This document shows positions 1 to 12,054 of a stretch of 17,554 bases of DNA, one piece after another. The DNA is from Paecilomyces variotii. Lineage: Eukaryota. The position numbers were made by a program, and so were the translations under genes. Below the pieces are notes generated by a model. That model saw only the letters and a list, made by a program, of their open reading frames with translations. It made no database searches and had not been told where the DNA came from. The stretch lies in the NCBI GenBank assembly GCA_004022145.1, contig RCNU01000049.1; one strand, given 5' to 3'. Numbering within the stretch: the stretch's first letter is position 1; each line of letters begins with the position of its first letter.

Positions 1-1625
1 CTAGCTTATATACGCTAAGATAGCGAAAAGTATCTCGCTAGAGAGTTTAAGCTTATTAAAATAAATAGAAAGTAATATTAGTTTTTAATATTTTTAAAAT
101 AACTCTTTAATTATAACTTTAAGAATAAGAATTTTATTATAATCTTTATAATAATATATTAAAATTAATAAAATTTTAAGAGAAATTACTTATATAATAA
201 ATACTATCTATAGATTAATATAAAGTAAATTCTTAACCTATTTAAATTTAAGAAATAATAACTCTTTTTATTAATTAAGATAGTAAGATTTATATAAGTA
301 AGAATTAAGTATCTTATTTTATTAAATATTATCTTAAGCTAAAGATTATTTATTTTAAATAATATATCTATTAGCAAGCTAAATATAAAAATTTAAAGAT
401 TATTAAACCCTAATTTAATACTATTTAACTTAATAGAATATAATCTAAAATTATAAATATAAATATCTATAACTTTAATAAAACTAAATATATTATAAGC
501 TTTATTACTACTACTACTAAAATTATAATATAAGCTAAATATTATAATAGGCATTAAGTTATTTAACTAGAGAATCGCGAATAATTACTTTAATTAAATA
601 TATTAACGCTATTAAATAAGTACTGCCGCTATATATTATTTTTAAAAAAAACCTATATATAAGCTTAGTATAAAGATCTTAATTTATTAAAGAATTAGAA
701 AATTAAAGTTAGTAATAATAGCTAAACTATAAATTAAATTAAATTATACTAGCTTTAAAAGGTTTTTATACCTTAAATAATTTATTAAATAATTAGGCAA
801 TACTATCTTCTTATTTTAAATAAGTATAGTAATTATTTAACCTTTAAATTTAATAAGATTTATAATAAGAATAATATTATTCCTATTTATATACTATTAT
901 ACTTATTAGCTTATTATTAACTTTTAAATATTAGCTACTTTAAACCTTTAAAAGAAATATATAATTATATAATTTAAGATAAATAATAACGGGGGTTTAA
1001 TTATATTAATAAGCTTAACTTTCTAAATATTTACCCTAGAGCTTATATAAAGGTATTTACTTTAAATACTATTAAGAGCGAATTTAAAGTTATTAGCCTT
1101 ATCTTATTTAATCTAAAAGAAATACTTAATTAATTTACTATTTAATTAAATATACTTATACTGCTAAGGAGTTAAGGAATTATCTTAATTATTTCCTTAT
1201 CTAAAATACTAAGAAATTAAAGAAATATAGAAAAATAAAGAATTAAAATTTAAAGCTTATTTAAATAGTAAACCTAAAGTCCTTTAATAGATAATTAAAG
1301 TATTCTAAATTAATTTATTTAGTGATATAAATACTTAATAAGTAAGAAGACTCTTATAGTATAAGAAATCTAGAATTTATATTTAGCTAATAATAAAACT
1401 CTAGTAAAAAAAGCAATAATTTAATTAAAAAATAAGTACTATATAAGATTTAAGTATTAAAGAAAATTAAGCTCTTATATAGAGAAATAATAAAATAATT
1501 AAAGCTCTTCTTAGTATTATAAAAGAATTAAATTCTATAATTATATAATAGTATTAGCGAGCATTATTATAATATATAAATTACAAAGTTAAAGATTATA
1601 TTAAAGTTAAATACCTTAATTAATA
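1..1625 (+). pseudogene. Fot1/pogo DDE_1 transposase relic (DDE core, C-terminal Cys/His knuckle)
   Basis: Literal translations match family motifs after undoing transitions: 462 NIYNFNKTK (DIYNFDETG); ~561 I*LENRE* (IQPGNREW); ~801 YYLLILNKYSNYLT (YRLLILDGHGSHLT); ~878 IPIYILLYLLAYY*LLNISYFKPLK (IPICMPPHSSHLLQPLDVGCFGPLK); ~993 GFNYINKLNFL..KSEFKVISLILFN (GFNHIDKLDFL..SGFKATGLIPFD). Many stops and at least one frameshift. Confidence 0.9.
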
Positions 1626-1740
1626 TAAGTGTTTAAATCTTATAAAATAATATTACTATTTAAGTATAAATTTAAATAATATTTTATATAAGTAGTTAAG
1701 GCGGTTTAATTAAGCAAGTAGTTTAATTAGCTAAGAAATA
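1..1740 (+). mobile_element. Fot1/pogo-family (Tc1/mariner superfamily) DNA transposon, RIP-inactivated, 5' end outside window
   Basis: Contains the transposase relic listed next. It ends in 'gcggtttaattaagcaagtagtttaattagctaagaaata' followed by TA (1741-1742). This resembles a RIPed Fot1-type TIR with an internal direct repeat (gtttaatta x2) ending ACG|TA. Confidence 0.8.
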
Positions 1741-1761
1741 TATTAATTATTCTATATATTA

Positions 1762-2264
1762 TTTTAATACTTCTAAAAGCTCTAGTAATAGTCGCTTATA
1801 TTAATAGCTAGCTTAGTTAATAGAGTAATAGCTAAATAGATTAATTTAGCTTAGCCCTTAAATAATTCTTTAATAAAATATCTTTATTAGCTCTAAGAGA
1901 TTATAAGCTTAGCTTAGCCTTATTACTATTTTAAATAAATAAGCTAAATACTTTAAAGTTTTAATTCTTTAATTAAATAATACCTATAATAAGAAGTTAA
2001 ACTAATAGATTTTTAATACCCCTAGAGGCTCTAATAATAGTCGCCTACGCTAATAGCTAGCTTAGTTAGTAGAGTAATAGCTAGATAAATTAGTTTAGCT
2101 TAATTAAGCCCCTAGATAGTCTCTTAATTAAGTATCTTTATTAGCTCTAAAAGATTATAAGCCTAGCTTAACCTTATTATTATTTTAAATAAATAAGCTA
2201 AATATCTTAAAGCTTTAATTCTTTAATTAAATAATACCTATAATAAGGAATTAAACTAATAAAC
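1762..2264 (+). repeat. Two-copy tandem duplication (249 bp + 254 bp)
   Basis: 1762-2010 and 2011-2264 align along their length. They differ mainly by C/T and G/A transitions plus a 5-nt indel (gctt-agcc vs gcttaattaagcc). Confidence 0.95.
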
Positions 2265-3255
2265 CTTTATCTCTAAATAGACTAATTCTTTAAGATAATA
2301 ACTCTATCTCTAGCATTAATTTTCCTAATAGCTCTAGTAATTATAATCTATTAAAAATTAAAGCTATTAAAAATTATATAGGATAAAATATCTATAATAG
2401 CTAAATAATTAATTAATAATAATAACTTTAATAATTAGCTTTAGCTAATTAAAGAAATTCTTAGAATTATAAATTATAAGAACTTAATTAATATATCTAT
2501 TAAGAGACTTATACTTTAAGATAGAGCTAAAATCTATAAGATATAGAGAAAGCTTAGCTTAATAATAAAAAGCTAGATTAATAATTAGATAGATTATAAG
2601 CTAATTAAAACTATTAGAATTATATCTAATAAGCTAATTTATATAAATAAATATATTAAAACAATTAAGAAAGTTATTAATTATAGCTTAGCTTTAAGTA
2701 AACTCTTTATATTTTAATAAGCTATTATTATAACTAGATCTTAATATAAAATAATTAAATAATATATTATTAAATTTAGAGATTATATAATAAAATTAAA
2801 TAATATAAGCTTAATTCTCTTATCTTTTAATATAGCAATATTAATACTTAAATAATTTAAATTTAAAATATTAGTTTAAACTAACTCCTATTATATTAAA
2901 TAAGCTTAATAAATTAAACTTCTAATAAATATAATAATAGAAAAATTCTAGCAATTTAGCTTTAAAATTATTAATTAAGCTAAATCTTATAAGAATATTT
3001 AAGTAGTCCTTATTATATTTATAAATAAGATTTTTATCTAGGAGACTAGATAGTTAAATAGATTATTAAAGAGTTTATCTTTAGATAAAGACTTTCTAAA
3101 CTTCGCTTATAAGATATATAAGAAGAAACTATTTTTTAAAGGTAAATATAGATATTACTATATATTTAAATATAACTCTATAGATTATTATTACCTTAAA
3201 AAAGAAATTTCTAATTAATAATACTTATTAAGGGGTATTTAAATTCTATTAAATT
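1764..3255 (+). pseudogene. Ty1/Copia-type gag relic with CX2CX4HX4C zinc knuckle
   Basis: One frame runs from 2013 to ~3250. It reads NNNNFNN*L*LIKEIL (DDNFDNWLQ..) and TRS*YKIIK*YIIKF (RSQYETVEQYI..F). At 3147-3188 the codons tat-x2-tac-x4-tat-x4-tat give RIPed C-x2-C-x4-H-x4-C with exact spacing, followed by YYL. From recall it resembles Eurotiomycete Copia-associated gag. Confidence 0.7.
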
Positions 3256-5290
3256 AAAAGAAAGTTAACTTTAGTTTATAAAAATAAAATAAAGAAAAAA
3301 AAGATTTTAATAGCTTTATAAAGATAATAGTTTTAATAATATTTATTTTATTTATTGGCTAAATAGTAGATTTAAGAATATATAAAAATATATATAATAA
3401 TAAGTCTTAGTTTATTAAATATAAAGACTTTACCCCTAAAAAAAAGCAATAATATAAATATAATTATATTAATAATATCTTAAATAAAAGTAAAGATAAA
3501 GATATTATTAGATTAAATCTTAAGCTTAATAATAGTTATATAAATAATATCCTTATCTATACCTTATATATGCTAAAGTAAAAATATTATCTATTCTCTA
3601 TAATTTAAAATAAAATGCTATATAAAATATAGTATAACTCCTAAAATAATAGACTAATAAATATAGATATTAATTAAGTTATTAGATATATATATAAGAA
3701 TAACAACATTTTATAGCTTAAGCTTTATAGGTAGATTATAATATTAGTAATATTATTAGAGCTCTTATATAAGAGAATAAGCTATACTAGAGTTATAAAG
3801 CTTAAAACTATTACTAAATTAAACCCTATAGCTATTTAATTTACTAAAAATATAGACTTTAAGGCTTTTTAAAAATAATTAAATATTTAACAATATATTT
3901 AAATTCCTCAGAATAAGAAAAATTAAGAATATAAGTTTTCTCCTTAGTTAGAGATATAATTATATATATAAGTATAATATATATAAAAAAATAACTTAGC
4001 TAGATTTAAATAAAATTATTAATATCTTTTTTAATACTAGCTCTATTAAAAAATAATATAGAATAAACTATTTACTATAATATATTTCTATCTAAAAATA
4101 TATTTAATAATAAAGTTAAATAAATTTATATAAGTTAACTTATAATTAAGGCTTTAAAAAGATTAATAGCAGATCTATTTAATTATATAACTAAAGTTTA
4201 TATATTAACTTTAAGCTTAAAATAGATTCTATATAACTAATAATAAAACTTCTTAAATACCTTTAAGACTACTTTATATTCTCTTTTATTTATATTATAT
4301 TTCTTCTCTATATTACTCTATATACTAAACTTATATCTAATAGAATAATACTTATCTTATTATTTCTATATAATAATAATACTAAAGCCTTTTTTACTTA
4401 TATTAATAATAATAATAATATTAAATAAGAATTAAATATAGTTAATAAAGATAATTATTTAATTACTTATAAAGAGCTATTTAATCTTCTTAAAGGTAGT
4501 TTATTATTTTTTACCCTAGATTTACTTTATTCTTATTTAAAATAAATAATAAAGAGGCGCTATAATATCTTTATATTATAATATAAAAGCTTTAAAGTAA
4601 GAGGCTAATTTAAAAAATAAATAGATTTAGTTAATACTAATAGGTATAGGCTATTTTATAACTTTTTATACCTTTTCTTTATTTATATAGTAACTAAAAT
4701 AATTATATAATTATCTTATTATCTTTAAGCCTACTATAATAAATTATAACTTCTTAATAAATATAATTACCTTAATAAGCTTAAATAAATAAAGAATATA
4801 ATCTAGATTCTAAAGATACTCTAGTATATATAAGTAAATACTAAAAAATACCTCTTTATTATTATACTTTAAGTAAAAACTTTTAATACTAATATTATTA
4901 AAGAAGACTTTAATAATCTTAAATAAAGCTTTTAATAATATAAATATTATAACTTACTTAATTTACTTAATAAAATTTATAATACCTTAAAAGATTATTA
5001 TTTAATAAAAAAGTCTAAGTAAAGTTTAAATAATAATTATATCCTTATTCTCTATAATAAAAATAATTTAATTATACCTTAAAAATAAGTTAATAAAAAA
5101 TTTAAGGATAGTTTATTAAAATCTTTAGTAAATTTATAAATATTATAAGTATATTTATATTATAAACTATTATCTTATTAATTTAATTATATATATAATA
5201 ATATTAATAAGTTTATACTTATTATTTTTCTTTATAACTAAAACTAAAAATTTTAATATAAACTATAATATCGCTTAAAAATCTTATTTT

Positions 5291-5809
5291 CAGGATATAG
5301 CTTAGCCCAGCCAGGGATAAGCTTAGCCCACCCTAAAAGCTCATACCACCCAAATATTTAGGATCTCAGCGCACCCCAAGAAACTTTAATTTTTCCTAGC
5401 CTATTTAGGCATAGTAGAAATATATAAAAAATATTATAAAATAATTTATATTTTAGTCTATATTATATATTAAAATTAGGATTTTAGGATTTTAATTAGG
5501 TACGCTAGGGCAAGAGTTAGTAAATTACACATAGAAATTCGAAAATTATAAATCTTTCTTAGTTTTTTAATTCTTAAAAATCGATTTTTAGATATTTAAT
5601 TTTTCTTTTTTTATATATATAAGATATAGGTTATAACCTATATAAATATTTAATTTCGAGTAAAATATCTTTAGGTTTCAACTTTTAATAAATTTTTGAA
5701 GTTTTTAATTTAAAAGCTCGGCCTACTTAAAAAATAATAAAAATATTTGGGTGGGCTGAGCTTTTAAGATAGGCTAAGCTTGCCCCCGGCTGGGCCAAGG
5801 TATAGGCCC
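5291..5809. mobile_element. Non-autonomous Mutator/MULE-family MITE (519 bp)
   Basis: 69-bp TIRs at 5291-5359 and 5741-5809 and a perfect 9-bp TSD tcttatttt (5282-5290, 5810-5818). The TIRs match those of the 8823-15512 element. No coding capacity. Confidence 0.93.
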
Positions 5810-6639
5810 TCTTATTTTAAAGCCTTTTATATAATAGTTAAGCTATAATTTCCTTAAGCGCTTATAATAGCTAAAATTTAAAAACTTATTATACTTTATA
5901 TAAAACTATATAAATATATTATAGTAAAATAATCTTAGAATAAATTCTCTTAATATCCTTTATTAACTACTTAAAAATATTTTTTTCTTTTATAAAGCAG
6001 CTTTAGTAATATAACTCTTTTAATCTTTAAGAATTTAATATCTATAATTAATTATTCTACTTATTTAAAAATTAAGTATAACTCTTATATAATTATTATA
6101 ATTTATAGGCTAAGATATTTATTATATAATATCTTTATATTAAGCGCTAAATTCTTATAATAGCGCTCTATATATAATTCCTATTATCTTAAATCTCTAC
6201 TAAATATTTCTTTACTATTTAATTCTCTTAAATTAATAGAGTTTATCTTATTAGCTTTTTACTTTCTTAATATATTAATTATTATATAAATATAGTTATA
6301 ATAGCCTATTTATAGCTTAAGATCTAATTACTTTAAGATTTTATACTTAATACCTAGATCTATAAAGTCTAGGCGATAAATAAATTTTATTAACTTATTC
6401 TTAGCCTCTAATTAGCTAAATAATTTTATAGATTATAACCTATAAAATCTTAATAAATTAGAAGTCTATATTTTAAAATAAGTGAGATTAAATACTATTA
6501 TATTTTATATAAGATAAGAAGCTAATACTTTAGCTAAGAGATAAATAAGCTTATAAAATTTAAGTAGCTTAAGTAAAGAAAGCTATAAAGGCTAAAAAAA
6601 TAAATAATATAGTATTTTAACTCTAGTACTATAACTTAT

Positions 6640-7678
6640 ATAAGCTAATAACTAATAATAAACTATAAAAATTTAAATATAGAAGTTTAAAGCTAAGTAA
6701 ACTTAATTATTAATTCTTTATTTAAATAATAAAGATATTAAAATCTTCTCTAAGAAATAAATATATAATATTAAGACTAATATTAATAGCTTCTTAAGAA
6801 ATATAGAGCTAAATAAATAATCTATAATAACCTTTAGTAAACTATTAAATATAAATAATATTATAGCTTAATAATAAGTAAGATAGCTATTAAACTATTT
6901 TTAACCCTTATTATTATATATAAGCTATATTAAATTTAATATAATATTATTATAGCTTATTTAAAGACTTTATTAAATAATAAATAAGTCTATATATAAT
7001 AGCTAATAAAATTTACTATAATAATAAATAAATCTATATATAATAGCTAATAAATATTACACTTTATATAGATTATAAGAATTTATTAATTTATAAAATA
7101 AAATACTTATAAATAAATTTTAAGATCTTTATATCTTAATTAATATTAAATAGAAAATAATATATTATTATCTATATTAATAATATATTTATAGCAGTAC
7201 TTATAAAAGAAAATATTAATATATTTATTATAAATCCTAGCTATAATAAACCTCCTTATAATAAATTTCTTGCTATAACAAATTAAATATTATATCTAAT
7301 TTATCCCCCTATATAAATATTTATTAAATTGCCCTATAACAAAATTTGTTCTAACTCTTTAGATTTTACTGATTTTTATATAGGGATTTATTATAATAAG
7401 TAATATATTATATATAAAAATCCTTAAATAGCTAATAAAAATTATTTATTTTTAAGGCTATATTATATAATATTATAAAATTTTAGTCCCAAATAAGGAT
7501 TATATAATAAAAATTACCTTTTACTAATATTTACTATAGCGAATTACTTGCTATAATAAATCTAATATATTATCTAATTTAATTTATTATAGCTAGGATT
7601 TACAGTATTATAATTTTAAGTAATTACTTTAATATAAAAATTCTTAATAAATTCTTTAACTTCTTAAGTTATAAGCTC
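6640..7678 (+). pseudogene. Ty1/Copia reverse transcriptase relic, copy A (interrupted by a MITE, truncated at ~7678)
   Basis: K*IYNIKTNINSF (KWVYDVKTDADGF) at ~6755; IAYL (TAYL) at ~6951; IIIYINNIFIA (YVDD) at 7173-7184; after the MITE, FNIKILNKFFNFLSYKL (FDMKILGE..FLG). Confidence 0.85.
7228..7605. mobile_element. pogo/Tc1-mariner-type MITE (378 bp) inserted at TA
   Basis: TIRs ttataaatcctagctataataaa and tttattatagctaggatttacag (reverse complement ctgtaaatcctagctataataaa), flanked by TA at 7226-7227 and 7606-7607. Removing it restores the Copia RT sequence seen in copy B. The motif ctataa(c/t)aaa repeats internally. Confidence 0.88.
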
Positions 7679-7823
7679 TTAAAGCTAATAAAGATACTTA
7701 ATTAAAGAACTATTTAAAGGCTAAGCTAAACTAATCTATCTAGCTATTACTCTGCTAATTAAGCTAGCTATTAGCGCAGGCAACTACTATTAGAGCCTTT
7801 AGAAATACTAAAATATTTCCTTT
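7679..7823 (-). repeat. Probable polypurine tract plus partial 3' LTR of Copia copy B
   Basis: About 55 nt after the pol stop, the minus strand reads attaaaggaaa|tattttag, a plausible RIPed PPT followed by TG. A less AT-rich non-coding stretch follows. The partner LTR is not in the window. Confidence 0.35.
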
Positions 7824-7877
7824 AATTACGCTAGTAAATAGGTTTAATTCTCTAATTATATAATTTATTTAATCTCT

Positions 7878-8822
7878 TTAAATATCTAATTTCTTTAAAT
7901 TTATAAGCTCCTAAAACTTATTAAATTTAACTTAATTTAATAGCTTTATTAAGCTATCTGCTAGATTTATTTTACTATTAATCTTCTATAATTTAATTAT
8001 ATTATTAGCTGCTATAATTTAAATAAAGAAATAGTAATTATTTAGCTATTTAATAATTAATTTATAACTCCTATTTTTAATTAAAATTGCGGTATTTACT
8101 ACATTAGTCTAGATAAGTATAAGAATCTCTAAATCTTATTTAAGACTTAAGGGATAAGCTAGCTTTCTTATAAATATAACTTCTTTTATTATAAAATTTA
8201 ATATATAAAATTTAGTAATTATTATTAATAGAGCTATTATTTATTATTTCTTACTAGACTAGCTAATAAATATGCCTTTATATAATAATATAAATGCTTT
8301 AATTAAAGTCTTATTAGAGTTATCTAAATAACTAATATTTATATAAACTTTAATACCTCTATTAAGATCTACTCTTAGTTTAATACTATAATTAAAAGCT
8401 TAATAAATATATTATAATAAATATTTTATTACTTTAATATTTTTATTATTTAAGTTATTTATCTTTTATTATAAGCGGTTTATAGCTTAAGCTAAGTCTA
8501 ATTATATTTTAATTATTAACTAGCTTAATTTTCTAATAAAGATTTAATATTTAATTTTAATATCTTTATTAACTAATTCTTCTAAAATCTTTAGTCTATA
8601 TATTAATATTATAAAAATTTAAATTCTTATTAATTTACTATTATAAAAGCCGAAGTTAGTTAAAATAATTAATATATAGCTAGCTTAGCTTATAATAATT
8701 ATTCCTTATATTTAATCTCTATTAAGCTTATAACTTAAGAAGTTAAAGAGTTTATTAAGAATCTTTATATTAAAGTAACTGCTTAAAATTATAATAAAGA
8801 TATTAATATCTTTTTTTATAAG
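7878..8822 (-). pseudogene. Ty1/Copia RT C-terminus and RNase H relic, copy B (3' part)
   Basis: The minus strand reads FNIKILNKLFNFLSYKL, VYINISY (VYVDASY), IS*SSKK**IIALLIIITKF (SWSSKKQ..APSTT.AEF), and NYYFFI*..NLADSLIKLL (RYFFVR..NPADGLTKPL). Stop at 7878-7880. Confidence 0.9.
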
Positions 8823-8887
8823 CGGGATATAGCTCGGCCCAGCCGGGGCTGAGCTCAGCCTACTTAAAAAGCTCAGCCTACTTAAGA
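8823..8887 (+). repeat. Left TIR of MULE
   Basis: cgggatatagctcggcccagccggggctgagctcagcctacttaaaaagctcagcctacttaaga, with internal repeats of agctc(a/g)gcc. Confidence 0.93.
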
Positions 8888-9301
8888 AAAATCTAGGTTT
8901 AGCTCAGATATTAAGTTAGTTTTAGTATAGCGTTTAGGTGGGCTTAGTATATGCACAGCTTATATAACTTATAATAAAGTTTTTATATTATATTATAGTA
9001 AACTATATTTGTTAAAAATTATATATAGTATATATTCTATATATATCGCAGCATATACTAAGTATAAGTTAGAGTAATACTGGGATATATATAGGGAGCT
9101 GGAACTGATATTATTCTGCGCAGTTTATTAAGGCAATATATATAAAGGCGGTTATTAAGTATATGCTAAAGTAATATTAGAATTCTGTTATATAGAAGTT
9201 TATATTATTTATATTATTTTTAATCTTTCTAATAATACCTTTACCCTATCTCTATAGTACTATAGTCTACCTTCTTATATTATTGCTGTATAACTATAAA
9301 A

Positions 9302-10740
9302 ATGCCACTATATTTAAAGGAACTTCTTATTTATAATATAGTTTTATTAGTAGATAATCTAATAAATTATAGGTATTATTATAATAAGTATATCTCCGCT
9401 TAATATTAAGCATATATTAAATAAAAATAGGCCCAGTTCTTAACCTGAATCTAATATAGATCCTAAACTTATATATTATAGCTAAGCAGGAAAATAAGAA
9501 ATCTAATAAACAGATATTATATATATACTAAAAGCGCGCTAAATATAGATAATGTTTATAATTACTGCTAAAGAAAATGCCTATATATTAATTCTTAAAT
9601 CTTCTATCTTAAATATAAATAGGAATATATAAGTCCTTTCTTTAAAATTAACTAAGTATATATTAAGCTTTTATAGTTGTTGGGTATAAATAAATGCAAA
9701 TAGCCTATTTATATATAATAAGGTTATTAATTTATAGCCCGCTGTAAGTCTAATATAAGTTTTATATATATATAATATACTAACAGTTGAAGTTATAATA
9801 TTATATAAGGATTATATACCTGGGGGCGAATATATTATTGTCCTTAATATATATTAGATATATACTAATCTATTATAGTATTAAACTGCAATATAGAAAT
9901 TAATAATATAACTACAGATAAGAAGATAATTAGGCTATAATAAGTTTAAGATATGTTCCATATATATTAGAGCTATATTAATAATATATAGTGCGCTAAT
10001 TAAATATATTTTATTTAATAAGTAATAAGATATTAACTTTATTTATAAACTATAATAAGTTTTAGGCATATATAGAGCTTATATTAAGCTAATATTTTTT
10101 TTAGTATAGGAAGTATACTAATTAAGGGTATTATTATATCTTATAAAGAAGTAGCTTACACTAATAATAAGTTCAGAAACAGCTACAGGAGCCAGTTTTA
10201 TTAGAGAATAAATTTAGTATATACTAATATATAAATAGAATCTATATACTATTTTTTTTACTATTTATATTGCTATTTATATTATTATTTATATATAACT
10301 TATAACTCTTAGCAGGCTTTTTAAATATATTTAGTATATGCCTAATATTAACTTTAATTAATCTCGGCCTTTATTTCAGCGTCTTATATTTTTATTAACT
10401 TTATTTTATAAGCGCGTAGTAAGTATATCCCTATTTATATTATATATATGCTGACCTTATATAGACTAGAAATATCTTATTACTATAAGATAATAATAAT
10501 AGAAATAATAGTAAATAGCCTTTTAATTTATCTTATATATATACTAAACTAAGTTATAATATAGGTCTTATCTTAATTCTATTAAAGCATAAATAGTCTA
10601 TATCTTATAATAAATATGCGAATAGATATACTACTGATAAGAAAATATTAATTAAATTAGAATATAGCTATGCTTATAGTTATAGCTATAGATATTTTTA
10701 TAGCACTAATAACTATAGTGCTAAGTCTATTAATAAGTTT
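9302..10740 (+). pseudogene. Second gene of the MULE, unknown product, multi-intron, RIPed
   Basis: TATA-like tatataaagg at ~9139 and ATG at 9302. Canonical fungal introns on + at 9744-9786 (gtaagt..ctaacag) and 10419-10464 (gtaagt..gctgac..atag), plus a probable RIPed intron at ~9384-9430. The 3' end is approximate. Confidence 0.55.
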
Positions 10741-10868
10741 TTTTTTTTTTATATATAGAGTATATGCTGAGTTTATATCTATAAGTTATAATCTCCTTTT
10801 TTAAGGATAAGTTTTTAGAGGCCTTAAATATATAGATATTTAAGCCCAGCTCTCCCCTAAGCATATGC

Positions 10869-10966
10869 TTAATATTAAACTTTAATTTAATACTAAGCTC
10901 TTATGTTTGAAGATTATTAATACTAAACTTTGGTTTAATACTAAGTTCTTATATTTAAAGACTATT
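10869..10966. repeat. 48-bp two-copy tandem repeat
   Basis: ttaatattaaactttaatttaatactaagctcttatgtttgaagatta versus ttaatactaaactttggtttaatactaagttcttatatttaaagacta, differing only by transitions. Confidence 0.85.
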
Positions 10967-11377
10967 TTTTTGTATCTTTAAATAATTGCAATATAATATT
11001 CTTTATTTTTTTATTTATTCTTATTATAGGGGAAAAGGAAATATATATATATATTTATTATATAACTATAGCTATATAGATATATATATTTATTATATAA
11101 ACTATTGTAATAATCTTTTTCTTTCTTGCTTAAATTCTTATTGCCTTTATTTTATTATTTCTCTTAATTAAATAGCAAAATTAGTCTTTACTATTTTTTC
11201 TAATAAGGGTCCTCTGTTATAGTATATATAAGCTTTATTTTATCTAGAATCTATACTTAACTCTTAGATAATATATACCGGATATAAAGTTAGTATATAT
11301 TTTAGATTAGAATTAGCAGAGCTATCTAAATCTAATAAAGGGGTTTGAACCCTTCTAGATATTAGAATAGTATTAAA

Positions 11378-12054
11378 TTAAATCTGGCCTTAAATATAAC
11401 TAGAACCTTTAGATCTACCTTTTTCTTAACCTCTATTTAATATATGCTTTTTACTTAATCTGCATTGAGAAATATAATTTAAGTCTGATTTTTTAGAGCT
11501 TAGCTTAGTTTGCTTAGTCTTAGATTAAATCTGGCTTTAATAATGATTAGAACCTTTAGATTAATCCCTTTCTTAATCTTTATTTAGTATATACTCTATA
11601 TTTAATCTGTATTGAGAATAATAATCTAAATCTGATTTTTTAGAGCTTAGCTTAGTCTATTTAGTCTTAGATTAAATCTGGCTCTGATAATAACTGGAAC
11701 CTTTAAGTTAACTTTTTTCTTAATCTTTATTTAATATATGCTTTATACTTAATTTATATTGAGAATAATAATCTAAGTTTAATTTTTTAGAGCTTAGTTT
11801 AGTTTGCTTAATCTTAGATTAAACCTGGCTTTAATAATAACTAGAATCTCTAGGTCGATCCCTTTCTTAATCTTTTTCTTAATTTTTATTTAGTATATAC
11901 TCTGTATTTAATCTATATCAAAAATGATAATCTGAGTCTGATTTTTTAGAGCTTAGCTTAGTCTATTTAGTTCTAGATTAAACCTGGCTCTGATAATAAC
12001 TGGAATCTTTAAGTTAACCCTTTTCTTAACCTTTGCTTAGTATATGCTCTATAG
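11378..12054 (-). repeat. 147-bp (49-codon) tandem array, ~4.5 copies, within the transposase C-terminal region
   Basis: Units start (ttaaa(t/c)ctggc) at 11378, 11525, 11672, 11819 and 11978. Periods are 147, 147, 147 and 159, the last with a 12-nt internal duplication. Confidence 0.95.

Noticed and set aside
3142-3183. Apparent GT..AG intron
   Set aside because: The same bases read in frame as a correctly spaced RIPed CCHC zinc knuckle of gag.
6978-7053. ~31-bp direct duplication inside Copia RT copy A
   Set aside because: A local post-insertion rearrangement absent from copy B, with no sign of function.
8075-8106. CSKxRNF on the minus strand as a LINE/gag zinc knuckle
   Set aside because: Another frame gives continuous Copia RNase H motifs through this stretch.
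10986-11171. 61-aa ORF from the supplied track
   Set aside because: TTG start and Y/I/F/N-rich low-complexity composition typical of a chance ORF in AT-rich DNA. It lies antisense to the probable transposase tail.
11378-12054. Possible CRISPR array
   Set aside because: Whole 147-bp units are homologous with no unique spacers, the context is eukaryotic, and there are no cas genes.
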